From contig JBBDRK010000030.1 of the NCBI GenBank assembly GCA_040905465.1, forward strand, positions 1 to 42,529: DNA of 42,529 bases, read 5' to 3'. Source of the DNA: Trueperaceae bacterium (GTDB taxonomy: Bacteria > Deinococcota > Deinococci > Deinococcales > Trueperaceae). This document shows, one piece after another, positions 30,450 to 40,413 of the stretch; the stretch's first letter is position 1, and each line of letters begins with the position of its first letter. The translations under genes were made by a program, and so were the position numbers. Under the pieces are notes generated by a model. It was not told the DNA's origin and did no database searches. It saw only the letters and a program-made list of their open reading frames with translations.

Positions 30450-32744
30450 TCACGGCCCCAGCGGAAGCCGAATCGCACCGGCCTCCCGGGTGACATGGAC
30501 CTCGGCGCCGACCGCCTGAAGCCTCTCCAGCACGGCGGGGCTCGGATGTCCATAACGGTTGCTGCCCACCGAGATCACGACGTTACGCGGCCGTGCGGCG
30601 TTCAGCAGGTGCTCCGAGGTGGAGCTCGGCGACCCGTGATGGGGGGCAACCAGGATGTCGACCTCCGGCGGCACCAGGTCGCGCTCCACCGCTGCGGAAA
30701 TGTCGCCGAGCAACAGCGCACGCGGGCTGCCTCGGTGATACACCGCCAATGCCAGCGAGTCGTCGTTGCCGCGTCCGTAGCCGCGGGGCGGTGGATTCAG
30801 GACCTCCAGAGTTACGCCGGCGAGGGTCAGCCGCTCGCCTCGTGACAGCGACCGCACCGGCACCCCGCGCTCGCTCGCCACGGCCATCAGGTCGGCGAAC
30901 ACGGGGCGCTGCGGCTCGGCAACGCCGTAAACCAGCAGTTGGACCGGCATGCCCCGCAATACCGAGGCGAGGCCCTCGATATGGTCGGCATCGGCGTGGG
31001 TGGCGACAACCAGCTCGAGCTCATCCACGCCCAGCGCCCGCAGGGCGGGCAGAACGTCTCCGGCGCCGACGTCGTACGAGGAAAACGGAGATCCCCCACC
31101 GTCGACCAGCACCTCCACCCGGCCTTTCAGGCGCAGCAGCAGGCTGTCGCCCTGGCCTACATCGAGAGCTACGAATTCTGGCAGTGAGTGGCGGGGCGGA
31201 GTGGCCGCCGACAGGGCGGAGGCTATCGCCACCACCAGCAACGCCCGCCAGAGCCGGAGCCTTCCGGCAGCGGCCAATGCCAGGGCGGCGCCGGCGCTGG
31301 CGAAGAAGGCGTAACCGACCGGTTCTATCTCGCCCCATACCAGCGCCGGAAGATGCGCGCCCTGTTCCGCCACGACGATGAGCGCCGCGGCCGGTATCGC
31401 CGTTAGGCCGTTGATCAGCGCAGCCAGGGGCAGCGAAACCAGCCCCACGAGAGCAGCCGTGAAGCCCAGTGGCACCAGCACCGCCGCCAGCGGGAGGCCG
31501 AGCAGGTTGACCACCGGCGACAGCAGCGGCAAAGTCCCGAAGCTGCTGGCGACGAGCGGCAGCGTCAGCGCCTGGGCGGCGACGCTCGTCAGCAGGGCAC
31601 CGGCCACGCTCAGCCGCGGATGCCACCAAGGCAGGGGCGGGCTGCCGCGCAGCCTGCCGGCGAACGGCAGTGCGAACAGCAGTATCCCGGCCACGGCGCC
31701 GTAGGAGAGTTGGAACGAGATGTCGAACAGCCAGGCCGGCATCGGCAGCAGCGTCGCGAGGGCAGCCAGGCCGAGCGCCGGCCACGCTTGGATACGTCCC
31801 GCTCCCCACCACAGGGAGAACAGGACGACCGCCACCATCACCGCAGCTCGTACCACGCTCGGCGTGGCGCCGACGAGCAGCATGTAGCCGAAGTCCAGCG
31901 CCAGCAGCAGCGGGTAACGAAGGGTTCCCAGCGCCCCCAGCAAGCGGCCGGCCGTCGCCATGAGCAGCCCCACGTGCAGGCCCGACAGTGCCAGCACATG
32001 AGCCAGGCCCGCCCGGGCGAACACGTCGCGCAGGCCGCCCAGCTCGTCGCGTATTCCGAGCGTCATCGCCTCCATCAGTGCACTTGGGCCGGCCGGCAGG
32101 CCGGCGGTCACGCCAGCGCGCAGCCTGTCCCGCGGGAGCTGCCGCTCCTCCGAGTCGAGCACCTCCCGAACCGTCACCTGCCCGTGGATCCCTCGGCGCA
32201 GCAGATAGCCGCGGTAATCGAATCCGCCAGGGTTGCGCCGGCCGGCGGCCTGTCTGAGAGTTCCGACGAACTCCACTCGGCCCGCTGGTAGCGCGCCGGC
32301 CGGCGAGACGGCGACCCTCGCGCCGCCCGGTTCGAGAGTCACGACGCGCCCGTCACTCGTCCCTGCCAGGCGGACCTCTCGATCGCGCATGCAGGCGAGC
32401 GGGTCGGGCCTGCTCAGCCAATGGTCGTAGCGTGCGTAGCCGGTCGCCACCATTATCAGGGGCAACGCCAGGGCGACCACCGCTCGAGGGGGGTAAACCA
32501 CCGTCTGCGCCGGCCGGGCAGGATAGGCAGGCAGCCGTGGCGAACGGGTCCCGATGCCCCGGGTCGGCACTTCGTCGACGCGACGCAACAGCGCGGCGCG
32601 CGCGACCCACAGGAACGGGAGCAGCAGCAGGAGCAGCCAGGCCGAGAGCTCGCCGGCCCTGGCTGCTATCCCGCACGCCAGCCCCAGCGCTGAAGGAAGC
32701 GGCCAGGGATGCACAGGCAGCCATGCCGACTCGGTCCGCGTCAC
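30450..32744 (-). CDS. comEC: DNA uptake channel ComEC/Rec2
   Basis: [33 protein letters not shown]-like domain [29 protein letters not shown] overlap with comEA. Confidence 0.95.
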   Translation of the reverse strand: MTRTESAWLPVHPWPLPSALGLACGIAARAGELSAWLLLLLLPFLWVARAALLRRVDEVPTRGIGTRSPRLPAYPARPAQTVVYPPRAVVALALPLIMVATGYARYDHWLSRPDPLACMRDREVRLAGTSDGRVVTLEPGGARVAVSPAGALPAGRVEFVGTLRQAAGRRNPGGFDYRGYLLRRGIHGQVTVREVLDSEERQLPRDRLRAGVTAGLPAGPSALMEAMTLGIRDELGGLRDVFARAGLAHVLALSGLHVGLLMATAGRLLGALGTLRYPLLLALDFGYMLLVGATPSVVRAAVMVAVVLFSLWWGAGRIQAWPALGLAALATLLPMPAWLFDISFQLSYGAVAGILLFALPFAGRLRGSPPLPWWHPRLSVAGALLTSVAAQALTLPLVASSFGTLPLLSPVVNLLGLPLAAVLVPLGFTAALVGLVSLPLAALINGLTAIPAAALIVVAEQGAHLPALVWGEIEPVGYAFFASAGAALALAAAGRLRLWRALLVVAIASALSAATPPRHSLPEFVALDVGQGDSLLLRLKGRVEVLVDGGGSPFSSYDVGAGDVLPALRALGVDELELVVATHADADHIEGLASVLRGMPVQLLVYGVAEPQRPVFADLMAVASERGVPVRSLSRGERLTLAGVTLEVLNPPPRGYGRGNDDSLALAVYHRGSPRALLLGDISAAVERDLVPPEVDILVAPHHGSPSSTSEHLLNAARPRNVVISVGSNRYGHPSPAVLERLQAVGAEVHVTREAGAIRLPLGP

Positions 32745-33241
32745 AGCCGCGCATGTTCCCTCAGGCGCTCGAGCGTCTTTTCGCCGATGCCCTTGACCCG
32801 AAGCAGGTCCTCCAGCCGAGAGTACGGGCGACCGGCGACGATCCTGCCGGCGGTTACCGGGCCTACTCCGGGCAGCAGCTCCAGCTCGGCGGCCACCGCC
32901 GAGTTCACGCTTATCCGCTCGGTTCCGTTGTCACCGTGACGGCTGGGCACGTGCACGCGCTCGCCGGGACCGAGGCTCGCGGCCAGATCGACCAGGCTGG
33001 CCTCGGCGCCGTCGGTCATGCCGCCGGCGAGCTCGAGAGCGTCCACCACCCGCGCCCGGAACGGCAGACGGTAGACACCCGGCTTGGCTACCTCGCCGTC
33101 CACAGCCACGCTGATGTCCGGCGCCTCGAAGGTGATCGGGACCCGCTGCACGGCGAGCCTCGGCAGCATCGTCAGGAGCGCCGCCGCGACGCAGGCGGCG
33201 GCGAGCACGACCGTCAGGAGCAACTCGGTCTTCTCCGCCAT
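32741..33241 (-). CDS. comEA: Competence protein ComEA (SLBB + HhH)
   Basis: N-terminal TM, VDGEVAKPGVY, DALELAGG, ISVNSA..ELELLPGVGP, LRVKGIGEK. Confidence 0.92.
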   Translation of the reverse strand: MAEKTELLLTVVLAAACVAAALLTMLPRLAVQRVPITFEAPDISVAVDGEVAKPGVYRLPFRARVVDALELAGGMTDGAEASLVDLAASLGPGERVHVPSRHGDNGTERISVNSAVAAELELLPGVGPVTAGRIVAGRPYSRLEDLLRVKGIGEKTLERLREHARL

Positions 33242-33246
33242 GGCCG

Positions 33247-33252
33247 ACGGTA
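33247..33252 (-). promoter_or_regulatory. Putative -10 box (TACCGT), leaderless comEA
   Basis: TANNNT 5 nt upstream of ATG 33241. Confidence 0.35.
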
Positions 33253-33433
33253 GCGAGGCGGCGGCACGGCCGTGCCGAGCGGCCCGGGAGTAGCCGGGCC
33301 AATCTCGGTGTCGGCCGAGCCGCCGCCGGTCGAGCAAATGCTTCGGGCTTACGGCACCGAACGCTGGCTCCAGGAAGCTACGTCAGTGGGCCCCGGATCG
33401 CTCAGCGCCGCTCACTCGGGCATTCTTGCCTGT

Positions 33434-34036
33434 TCAGCCCTTCGCCTGCTGATAGCGCTCGCCGACCTTGCCCCAGTCGACGACGTTCCAGAACGCGCCG
33501 ATGTACTCGGGCCGGCGGTTCTGGTACTTGAGATAGTAGGCATGCTCCCAGACATCGAGGCCAAGCACCGGCTTGTCGCCAACCATCAGCGGGCTGTCCT
33601 GGTTGGGAGTGCTGTAGACGTCGAGCCCGCCTCCTCTCTTTACGACCAGCCAGGCCCAACCGGAGCCGAAGCGGGTGGTTGCCGCGTCTTCGAACTTCTG
33701 CTTGAAGGCGTCGAAGGAGCCGAACTCCTGGCGGATATCCTCGCTCAGGGCCCCGCTCGGCTCGCCGCCGCCGTTTGGCCCCATGATCTGCCAGAACAGG
33801 TTGTGGTTGGCGTAGCCGCCGCCGTTGTTGCGCACCGCCACCGGCAGCGTCTCGGCACCGCGGCCCAGGATCTGTTCGATCGACTGGCCCGCCATGTCGG
33901 TGCCCTCGATGGCGCCGTTGAGCTTGTCGGTGTACGCCTTGTGGTGCTTGTCGTGGTGGATCTCCATCGTGCGGCCGTCGATGTGAGGCTCCAGGGCGTT
34001 ACTGGGGTACGGAAGATCGGGCAGTTCGAATGCCAT
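33434..34036 (-). CDS. sodA: Superoxide dismutase, Fe/Mn family (Mn-type signature)
   Basis: [37 protein letters not shown] aaggaggag. Confidence 0.96.
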   Translation of the reverse strand: MAFELPDLPYPSNALEPHIDGRTMEIHHDKHHKAYTDKLNGAIEGTDMAGQSIEQILGRGAETLPVAVRNNGGGYANHNLFWQIMGPNGGGEPSGALSEDIRQEFGSFDAFKQKFEDAATTRFGSGWAWLVVKRGGGLDVYSTPNQDSPLMVGDKPVLGLDVWEHAYYLKYQNRRPEYIGAFWNVVDWGKVGERYQQAKG

Positions 34037-34088
34037 TTCGGCTCCTCCTTCTGTGATGCAGCGGGCAGGAAGCCCGTTCGGAAGTTTC

Positions 34089-34097
34089 AGCTTAACA
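34089..34097 (-). promoter_or_regulatory. Putative extended -10 (TGtTAAGCT) for sodA
   Basis: TGn plus TANNNT ~50 nt upstream of the sodA ATG, in an AT-richer patch. Confidence 0.35.
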
Positions 34098-34145
34098 AAC
34101 GTGAGTACAGCCGCTATTCCCCGGCCTACAATGCCGGCGCCGTTT

Positions 34146-34697
34146 TCAAGGTCCGCTCGGGTCCTCCGTCATCACCTCAGCCAGCAGTTCGCGGTAGATG
34201 CGGGCGTGCTCGTGGTCGTGCAGTACCACGACGACGCGACGCACTCCCGGCCGCCATTCGGGATCGGCGTCCCGTTCGCGCTCGTGCTTGATCTCGATCA
34301 GGGCGAGGCGGGCCGCGCGCTCGAAGGGAAAGCCGTACGCTCCCGTCGAGATCGCCGGGAAGGCGACGCTCTCGAGGTCGCGCTCGCGGGCCAGCGTGAA
34401 CGACCGCCGGTAGCACGATGCCAGCAGCTCGTCTTCGCCTTCGTGACCGCCGCGCCAAACCGGCCCCACCGCATGGATCACGTAGCGTGCCGGCAACCGG
34501 TAGCCCGCGGTGATCACAGCGTCGCCGGGCGGACAGGGCGCCAGTGCCCTCGTGGCGGCGTCCAGCTCGGGGCCCGCCGCTCGGCGGATGGCGCCGTCGA
34601 CACCACCGCCACCGGTCAACTGCTCGTTGGCGGCGTTGACGACCGCGTCCACTCGCTGAACCGTGATGTCCCCGACGACTATCTCGATCTGCTCCAC
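34146..34697 (-). CDS. Macrodomain O-acetyl-ADP-ribose deacetylase (YmdB-like)
   Basis: [42 protein letters not shown] after ggggga. Confidence 0.93.
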   Translation of the reverse strand: MEQIEIVVGDITVQRVDAVVNAANEQLTGGGGVDGAIRRAAGPELDAATRALAPCPPGDAVITAGYRLPARYVIHAVGPVWRGGHEGEDELLASCYRRSFTLARERDLESVAFPAISTGAYGFPFERAARLALIEIKHERERDADPEWRPGVRRVVVVLHDHEHARIYRELLAEVMTEDPSGP

Positions 34698-34754
34698 CGA
34701 TCCCCCGATCCTGCCGTAAGCCGGCACCAACTCCGTTCGGACGCCAGAGCGGCC

Positions 34755-35780
34755 CTACTCCCCGGCCACCCGCACCAGCACCCGGCCTGTCGTTCGCCCG
34801 GCCAGGACCTCGTCTACCGCCAGGTCCAGCTCGTCCAGGCCGATCTCTCGCGCGAAACCTTCCAGGTCCGCCGGTTTCCACTCGCTCGCCAGGCGCCGCC
34901 ATACCTCGACACGTCGCTCCATCGGACAACCGGCGGAGTCGATGCCCAGCAGCGCGACGCCGCGCAGGATGAACGGGAACACGGTCAGGGGCAGCTCCGG
35001 ACTCTGCGCCAGGCCGCATGCCGCTGCCGCCCCGCCATACTGGAGGCTCTTGAGCACGTTGACCAGCGTGTTCCCACCGACGGTATCGATCGCCCCGGCG
35101 TAGACCGCCTTGAGAAGAGGGCGCTCGGAAGCGTCGCCCAACTCGCCCCGGTCCATCACGCGCTCGGCGCCGATCTCGCCGAGCCACGCCCGGGCCCCGG
35201 CCGTGCCGCTCGAGGCCACCACCTGGTAGCCTCGCGCCGCCAGCAGGGCGACCGCCAGGCTGCCGACGCCGCCACTGGCCCCGGTCACCACCACCGGTCC
35301 CGATCGTGCAGCAAGTCCGTGGCGCTCGAGCGCTTCCAAAGCAAGGCCTGCGGTGAGCCCGGCCGTTCCGAGGATCATCGCCTCGCGCAGGCTCAACCCG
35401 GCCGGCAGCGGCACTATCCAGTCGCCCGGAACCCGGATCAACTCGCCGAAGCCGCCGGAAGTGTTCATCCCGAGATCGAACGACGTCACGATCACCCGCT
35501 GCCCCTCGCTGAAGCGTGGGTCGCTGGAGTTCAGCACCACTCCCGCGGCATCGATTCCGGGAGTGTGCGGGTAGTCGCGGGTAACCCCGGGCCTGGCGCG
35601 CGCCGACAGGGCGTCCTTGTAGTTGAGGGACGAGAACGCCACTCGGACCGTGACGTCGCCGGCCGGCAGATCCGACTCGGATAGGAGGGTGACTCCGGCC
35701 TTGACGCCACCCTGCTCGACCGCCACCCGGAATGCCCGAAAAGAGTTCGCTGCAGATCCTCGAGACACGTTGCCGGTCAT
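34755..35780 (-). CDS. YhdH/AcuI-like quinone/acryloyl-CoA reductase (MDR family)
   Basis: SSLNYKDAL, PGIDAAG, GTAGLTA, VTGASGGVGS, DTVGG, VFPFILRGVALLGIDS. Confidence 0.92.
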   Translation of the reverse strand: MTGNVSRGSAANSFRAFRVAVEQGGVKAGVTLLSESDLPAGDVTVRVAFSSLNYKDALSARARPGVTRDYPHTPGIDAAGVVLNSSDPRFSEGQRVIVTSFDLGMNTSGGFGELIRVPGDWIVPLPAGLSLREAMILGTAGLTAGLALEALERHGLAARSGPVVVTGASGGVGSLAVALLAARGYQVVASSGTAGARAWLGEIGAERVMDRGELGDASERPLLKAVYAGAIDTVGGNTLVNVLKSLQYGGAAAACGLAQSPELPLTVFPFILRGVALLGIDSAGCPMERRVEVWRRLASEWKPADLEGFAREIGLDELDLAVDEVLAGRTTGRVLVRVAGE

Positions 35781-35844
35781 CTTAACGCTGGGGAGCAGCG
35801 GCTACCTCTGCAGGCTCCCGGCGGTCGGGACACCGCGCCTGTTT

Positions 35845-35899
35845 CGGCACTCGCAACGGCATTCGCAGCGGCACTGGTCACGGCACCCGTTCCACGGCA
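35845..35899. repeat. Short 12-bp-period direct repeat (CGGCA core, 5 copies)
   Basis: cggca at 35845, 35857, 35869, 35881 and 35895, in a divergent intergenic region. Confidence 0.55.
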
Positions 35900-35946
35900 G
35901 GTCTTGCCGGGTTCGGTGCGGACCGGGACCGCGACCTGAGTTTTGA

Positions 35947-35952
35947 TAGACT
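35947..35952 (+). promoter_or_regulatory. Putative extended -10 (TGaTAGACT), leaderless DUF3105
   Basis: TGn plus TANNNT 6 nt upstream of ATG 35959. Confidence 0.5.
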
Positions 35953-35958
35953 CTGGCC

Positions 35959-36504
35959 ATGGCGAAACCGAAGACAAAGTCCGGGCGAACCCGCGGAAAG
36001 CGCCGCCGGCAGAACCGCCTGCCGTGGATCCTGGGAACGACCGCCGTCGTCGCCCTGATCGCTCTGCCGATCGTGCTCAACGTCATGCGCCTGGCCAACC
36101 TGCCGGGCGAGGGATTCGCCAGCCAGGGGAACACCCACATCTCGCTGGGCGCCGCCCACCCGCCGTACAACAGCGATCCGCCCACCTCCGGTTGGCACAC
36201 CCCGCAACTGGCCTCGTGGGGCTCCTATGAAGAGGTGCAGCCCGACGAGCGCCTGATCCACAACATGGAAGACGGCGGCGTCATCCTCTGGTACCGCAAC
36301 GGTACACCGGAGGAGAACGAGGCACACGTGGTGGCGCTCGAAGACGTCTCCCAGGGATACCGCCGCATAGTGATAGCGCCCCGGGACGACATGACCACCA
36401 GCTATGCGCTCACCGCCTGGCAGCGTCTCCAGCGGTTCGACGAAATCGAGCCGGAGGCGATGCGCGACTTCATCGAGTCCTTCCACGGCATCGACCATCA
36501 CTGA
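35959..36504 (+). CDS. DUF3105 domain membrane-anchored protein
   Basis: Basic N-terminus and TM. YNSDPPTSGWH, LIHNMEDGGVILWY, ALTAW. Confidence 0.85.
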   Translation: MAKPKTKSGRTRGKRRRQNRLPWILGTTAVVALIALPIVLNVMRLANLPGEGFASQGNTHISLGAAHPPYNSDPPTSGWHTPQLASWGSYEEVQPDERLIHNMEDGGVILWYRNGTPEENEAHVVALEDVSQGYRRIVIAPRDDMTTSYALTAWQRLQRFDEIEPEAMRDFIESFHGIDHH

Positions 36505-36534
36505 CCCCCGACCGGGCGAGGTGAGTACCAGCCG

Positions 36535-37002
36535 ATGAGCAACGACGCCATGGAAGAAGACACGGTTGAGGACGAAACGGTGGGACGAGACGCGATCGGA
36601 CAGGACGCGATGAGCTACCAGGAGTTCCAGCGGTTGGTCGAGGAGATGGTCCGTGAGATCCCCGACGAGTTCCTGCGCGGGCTCCAGGGGGTGCACGCAC
36701 TCGAGCACGAGCGGCCGGAGGAGGAGTACGAAGAGGTCTGGCGCATGGGCGAATACCTCGATCCCGGCGCGGAGGACTTCCTGGGTGCGGGCGAGGGCCT
36801 CGGCCGGCACGTCGCCCTCTACTACGGATCGTTCCGGAGGATCGCCGAGTTCGACCCGGAGTTCGACTGGGAGGAGGAGATCTGGGAGACCCTCACCCAC
36901 GAACTCCGTCACCACGTGGAGTCGCTCGCCGGCGACGCCTCGCTGATCGAGGAGGACATGCGTCACGGGGCGGCCTTCACCAGGCGCGAACACGAGCCCT
37001 GA
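36535..37002 (+). CDS. Zincin-like metallopeptidase family protein
   Basis: THELRHH (HExxH) with the ALYYGSF...WEEEIWET context. True start may be MSYQEF at 36610. Confidence 0.8.
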   Translation: MSNDAMEEDTVEDETVGRDAIGQDAMSYQEFQRLVEEMVREIPDEFLRGLQGVHALEHERPEEEYEEVWRMGEYLDPGAEDFLGAGEGLGRHVALYYGSFRRIAEFDPEFDWEEEIWETLTHELRHHVESLAGDASLIEEDMRHGAAFTRREHEP

Positions 37003-37050
37003 GCGAGCGGCGTTTCTGTCAGCGCTCGTGGCCGTCAGTGCTCGCGACTG

Positions 37051-37446
37051 TCAGCGCACGTGCCGTGCCACCCGGCTCGCCCCGGCGCCATCGAGCAGAC
37101 GTTCCGCCTCGTCGCCACGTCCCTCGTCCACTTCCACCACCAGGATCCGGCCACCATCCTCGAGAAGCCTGCGGTAATAGTCGCGCTCCTCGGAATCGAG
37201 CACGTTGCCCCCGATCATCGGTGACTCGGCCGAGCTGAGATGAGTCGGCCACGGGGCCACGACCCCTTTGCTGTGCGGCAGGTCGAGCGGCTCGTCACCG
37301 CCCTCGCTGGCGCCGGCGGCGCCCGGCGTGCCCGGACCGGGCGGTCCTTCCAGCCGCTGCACGTGCCGATCGAGACCGGCATCCGTCAATCGCGCCAGTC
37401 CCTGCTCGAGCGCTTGTGCGTCGTCGAACATTCCCACCACCACCAT
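37051..37446 (-). CDS. Hypothetical protein (general-stress-protein-like fold suspected)
   Basis: VVGMFDD...L..AG and EERDYYRRLLEDGGRILVVEV pattern. SD ggagggg upstream. Confidence 0.6.
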   Translation of the reverse strand: MVVVGMFDDAQALEQGLARLTDAGLDRHVQRLEGPPGPGTPGAAGASEGGDEPLDLPHSKGVVAPWPTHLSSAESPMIGGNVLDSEERDYYRRLLEDGGRILVVEVDEGRGDEAERLLDGAGASRVARHVR

Positions 37447-37537
37447 GCCATCACCCCTCCCGGTCGACTGATCCCTTTAGCTCTAGCAGCGTCGCGCGAG
37501 CGGCGCTGCGGCCACAGTGACAGTTCGGCCGGCCCGC

Positions 37538-38404
37538 TCAGGCGGTTCCGGCGCCTGGAGCGGGCGCCGAGAACCGCTGAGGATGCGCCTCCCGGAAGCG
37601 GCCCCAACCGGACTCGTCGAGCGCAGCGTCCGCTCCCTGCACCCACTCGATGAACGGCGTGAGCAACGAGCGGGCGATGCGCAGCTCCTCGAAGAAGATA
37701 CGAGCCGAGAGCCCGCCCTCCGCCAGATAGCCGCTCTGCTCGAAAGCCCGCAGCGACCGCTCCCGGTCGTACACCACGCGGCGGAAGTCCGGCCGCCACT
37801 CGCCATTTTCGTGGGTGAGCAGCAGGTATTGCGCCCGCGTATCGCCGTTGAAGGGCGCGCCTACCGCGCCGCTGTTGACCACCAGAACGCCGCCGTGCCT
37901 GCGGACCATCGGTATGTGGGTGTGCGACCCGACCAGCACCGCGGCCCGGTACTCCGACGCGATCTCGTCTATGACTCCACCGCTGAGGTAGCGCCCGTAC
38001 CCTTCCCGGTAATGGCGCGGGCTTCCGTGGGCGATGAGAATCCGCTCCTCGCCGAGGACCGGGCGGTACGTCATCGGCAGCTCCCGAATCGCGTCGATCC
38101 AGCCGCTGCGCTCCAACTGCCGGGCGCACCAGGCGGTTCCCTCCCAGAACGGGTCGCCGAACCATTCGGTGGGCAGGCCGCCGTCGCGATCTATCCACAT
38201 ACGCAGGAGGTCGTCATGATTGCCCAGCAGCATCGGCGCGCCGGTCTTCGTCAGCCGCTCGAGCACGGCCACGTTGTCGGGCCCGCGGTTGACCATGTCG
38301 CCGTTGACTACCAGTTGCTGGGCGCCCTGCGCGGCGGCGTCGTCCAGTACCGCCTCCAGAGCCGGCAAATTGCCGTGGATGTCGGCTAATACCGCTAGTT
38401 TCAC
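37538..38404 (-). CDS. Metallophosphoesterase (calcineurin-like)
   Basis: LADIHGN, GDMVNRGP, GNHD, AHGSP, SHTH, NSGAVG. GTG after ggaggcgg. Confidence 0.9.
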   Translation of the reverse strand: MKLAVLADIHGNLPALEAVLDDAAAQGAQQLVVNGDMVNRGPDNVAVLERLTKTGAPMLLGNHDDLLRMWIDRDGGLPTEWFGDPFWEGTAWCARQLERSGWIDAIRELPMTYRPVLGEERILIAHGSPRHYREGYGRYLSGGVIDEIASEYRAAVLVGSHTHIPMVRRHGGVLVVNSGAVGAPFNGDTRAQYLLLTHENGEWRPDFRRVVYDRERSLRAFEQSGYLAEGGLSARIFFEELRIARSLLTPFIEWVQGADAALDESGWGRFREAHPQRFSAPAPGAGTA

Positions 38405-38427
38405 CCCGCCCGCCTCCAACGGCCGAA

Positions 38428-39264
38428 TCACCCCGCGAGCATCGCTTCGGCGGCCGCCAGCATTACCTCCGCAGGTGCGTCGTGGCCGGTCCACAGCGAG
38501 AACGCCTCCGCCCCCTGGTAGACCAGCATCGGCAGACCGTTCTGAGCCACCAGCCCGGCGGCCTCGGCGTCCCGCAGGAGCCTGGTGCGTGCCGGACGGT
38601 ATACCAGGTCGATCACGGCGCCGGCGGCCGGCAACTGCCCGGCAGGCAACGGCGTCTCATCGAACGACATCCCCTCGCGCAGCAGACCGACCGATGTAGC
38701 GTTGATCAGCAGGTCGCAGGCCCGCGCTGCCGTTTCGAGCTCGTCGCTCGCTACCGCCCGTATCTCGCCCAGGTGCGAGAAGTCCACCGCCAATCGCTCC
38801 GCTCGCTCCTTGCCCCGGTTGTGGACCAACACCTCGCCCGACCCGGACATCAGGAGGGCATATGCCACCGCCCGACCCGCCCCACCCGCGCCCAGCACCA
38901 CCACCTTGCGCTCGTTCACGTCGAACTTCAGGTCGGCAAGAGAGCGCATGAAACCGGAGACGTCGGTGTTGTGCCCCTCCAGCGCACCTCCCCTGTTCAC
39001 GATCGTGTTCACCGCGCCGACGCCGCGCGCTTCGGCGCTCACGGCATCGAGCAGCGGCAGCACGCTCTCCTTGTGGGGCAGTGTCACGTTGGCACCGAGC
39101 ACTTCGGGGTCACGAAGTCCGGCCACCGCCGCCGGCAGCTCGCCGGGCGGGACCTCGCGGGTAAGGTAGCGGGCACCTATGCGCAGCCTCTCGAAGGCAG
39201 CGTTCTGCATCGCCGGACTGAGGCTGTGCCAGGCCGGATAAGCGAAGAGTTCGACCCTCTTCAC
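38428..39264 (-). CDS. aroE: Shikimate dehydrogenase
   Basis: HSLSP, GANVTLPHK, GAVNT, HNTD, GAGGAG, NATSVG, DLVYRP, GLPMLVYQG. Confidence 0.94.
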   Translation of the reverse strand: MKRVELFAYPAWHSLSPAMQNAAFERLRIGARYLTREVPPGELPAAVAGLRDPEVLGANVTLPHKESVLPLLDAVSAEARGVGAVNTIVNRGGALEGHNTDVSGFMRSLADLKFDVNERKVVVLGAGGAGRAVAYALLMSGSGEVLVHNRGKERAERLAVDFSHLGEIRAVASDELETAARACDLLINATSVGLLREGMSFDETPLPAGQLPAAGAVIDLVYRPARTRLLRDAEAAGLVAQNGLPMLVYQGAEAFSLWTGHDAPAEVMLAAAEAMLAG

Positions 39265-39277
39265 CTTCGCACCGCCA

Positions 39278-40318
39278 TCATGCCGCTCGCCGCTCGCACA
39301 ACCGCCGGGTCACCTCGATCGCCCGCCGGACATCTTCATCGCTGATCTCGTAGTGGGTGACCAGCCGGATCGCATTGCCCGGCAGGGCGTTGCACAGGAT
39401 GCCCTGCTCGCCCAGTTCCCGGGCCAGCGCGGCTGCATCGTCGACCTGCAGGTAGACCATGTTCGTCTGCACTGCTGCCAACTCGATTCGCACACCCGGC
39501 ACATCGGCCAGCCCGTCCGCCAGCGCACGGGCTCGCTCGTGGTCCTCCGCCAGCCGTCCCGCCATCGTCTCCAGTGCCACGATTCCGGCTGCCGCCAGCA
39601 CGCCGGCCTGCCTCATCCCGCCGCCCAGCAACTTCCGGTAGCGGTGCGCTCGGCCGATGAGCTCGCTGCTGCCCAACAGCACCGTTCCGACCGGGGCGGC
39701 AAGGCCTTTGCTGAGGCAGATCGACACCGAGTCGAAGCCGCGGCAGACGTCGGCGATCGGAACCTTCAACGCGGCGGCGGCGTTGAAGGCGCGCGCGCCG
39801 TCGAGGTGAAACGGCAAGCCCTCGGCCGCCGCCAGCTCCGCCAGCTCGCGACAGCGCTCGAGCGGGACGACCGTTCCCCCCGCCCGGTTGTGGGTGTTCT
39901 CCAGCGAGATGAGCCCGGTCGGGGCTTGATGGATCGACCGTCCGATAGCCGCCTTCACCGCAGCTACCGTCGGCACCCCCATCGGCGCCGGCACCGGCCG
40001 CGGAAGCAAACCGGAAACCACGGCCATGCCGCCCAGCTCGAATTCGTATACGTGACCACCCTCCGGCAGGATCACTTCGCTGCCGCGCTCGGCGTGAGCC
40101 GCAAGGGCGACCAGATTGCTCATCGTCCCGGTCGGCAGCAGCAACCCGGCCTCGAACCCGGCCATCTCGGCGAGCAGGGTCTGGAGGCGCGAGACGGTGG
40201 GATCCTCGCCGTATACGTCGTCACCCACCTCAGCCTCGGCCATGGCCCGACGCATCGCCGGGGTGGGGCGGGTAACGGTATCAGACCTCAGATCGATCGT
40301 CGAGAACGCTGGTGGCAT
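39278..40318 (-). CDS. ltaE: Low-specificity L-threonine aldolase (PLP)
   Basis: [52 protein letters not shown]. Confidence 0.93.
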   Translation of the reverse strand: MPPAFSTIDLRSDTVTRPTPAMRRAMAEAEVGDDVYGEDPTVSRLQTLLAEMAGFEAGLLLPTGTMSNLVALAAHAERGSEVILPEGGHVYEFELGGMAVVSGLLPRPVPAPMGVPTVAAVKAAIGRSIHQAPTGLISLENTHNRAGGTVVPLERCRELAELAAAEGLPFHLDGARAFNAAAALKVPIADVCRGFDSVSICLSKGLAAPVGTVLLGSSELIGRAHRYRKLLGGGMRQAGVLAAAGIVALETMAGRLAEDHERARALADGLADVPGVRIELAAVQTNMVYLQVDDAAALARELGEQGILCNALPGNAIRLVTHYEISDEDVRRAIEVTRRLCERRAA

Positions 40319-40323
40319 TCCTG

Positions 40324-40329
40324 ATTGTA
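40324..40329 (-). promoter_or_regulatory. Putative -10 box (TACAAT), leaderless ltaE
   Basis: TANNNT 5 nt upstream of ATG 40318. Confidence 0.5.
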
Positions 40330-40413
40330 ACTGGGCGCGATTGTAACGGGGCGTCTCCGTACGCCCCGACCTCGACCATTGCCCCGGCCGTTGCGCTAGC
40401 ATTGCAGCCGCTG

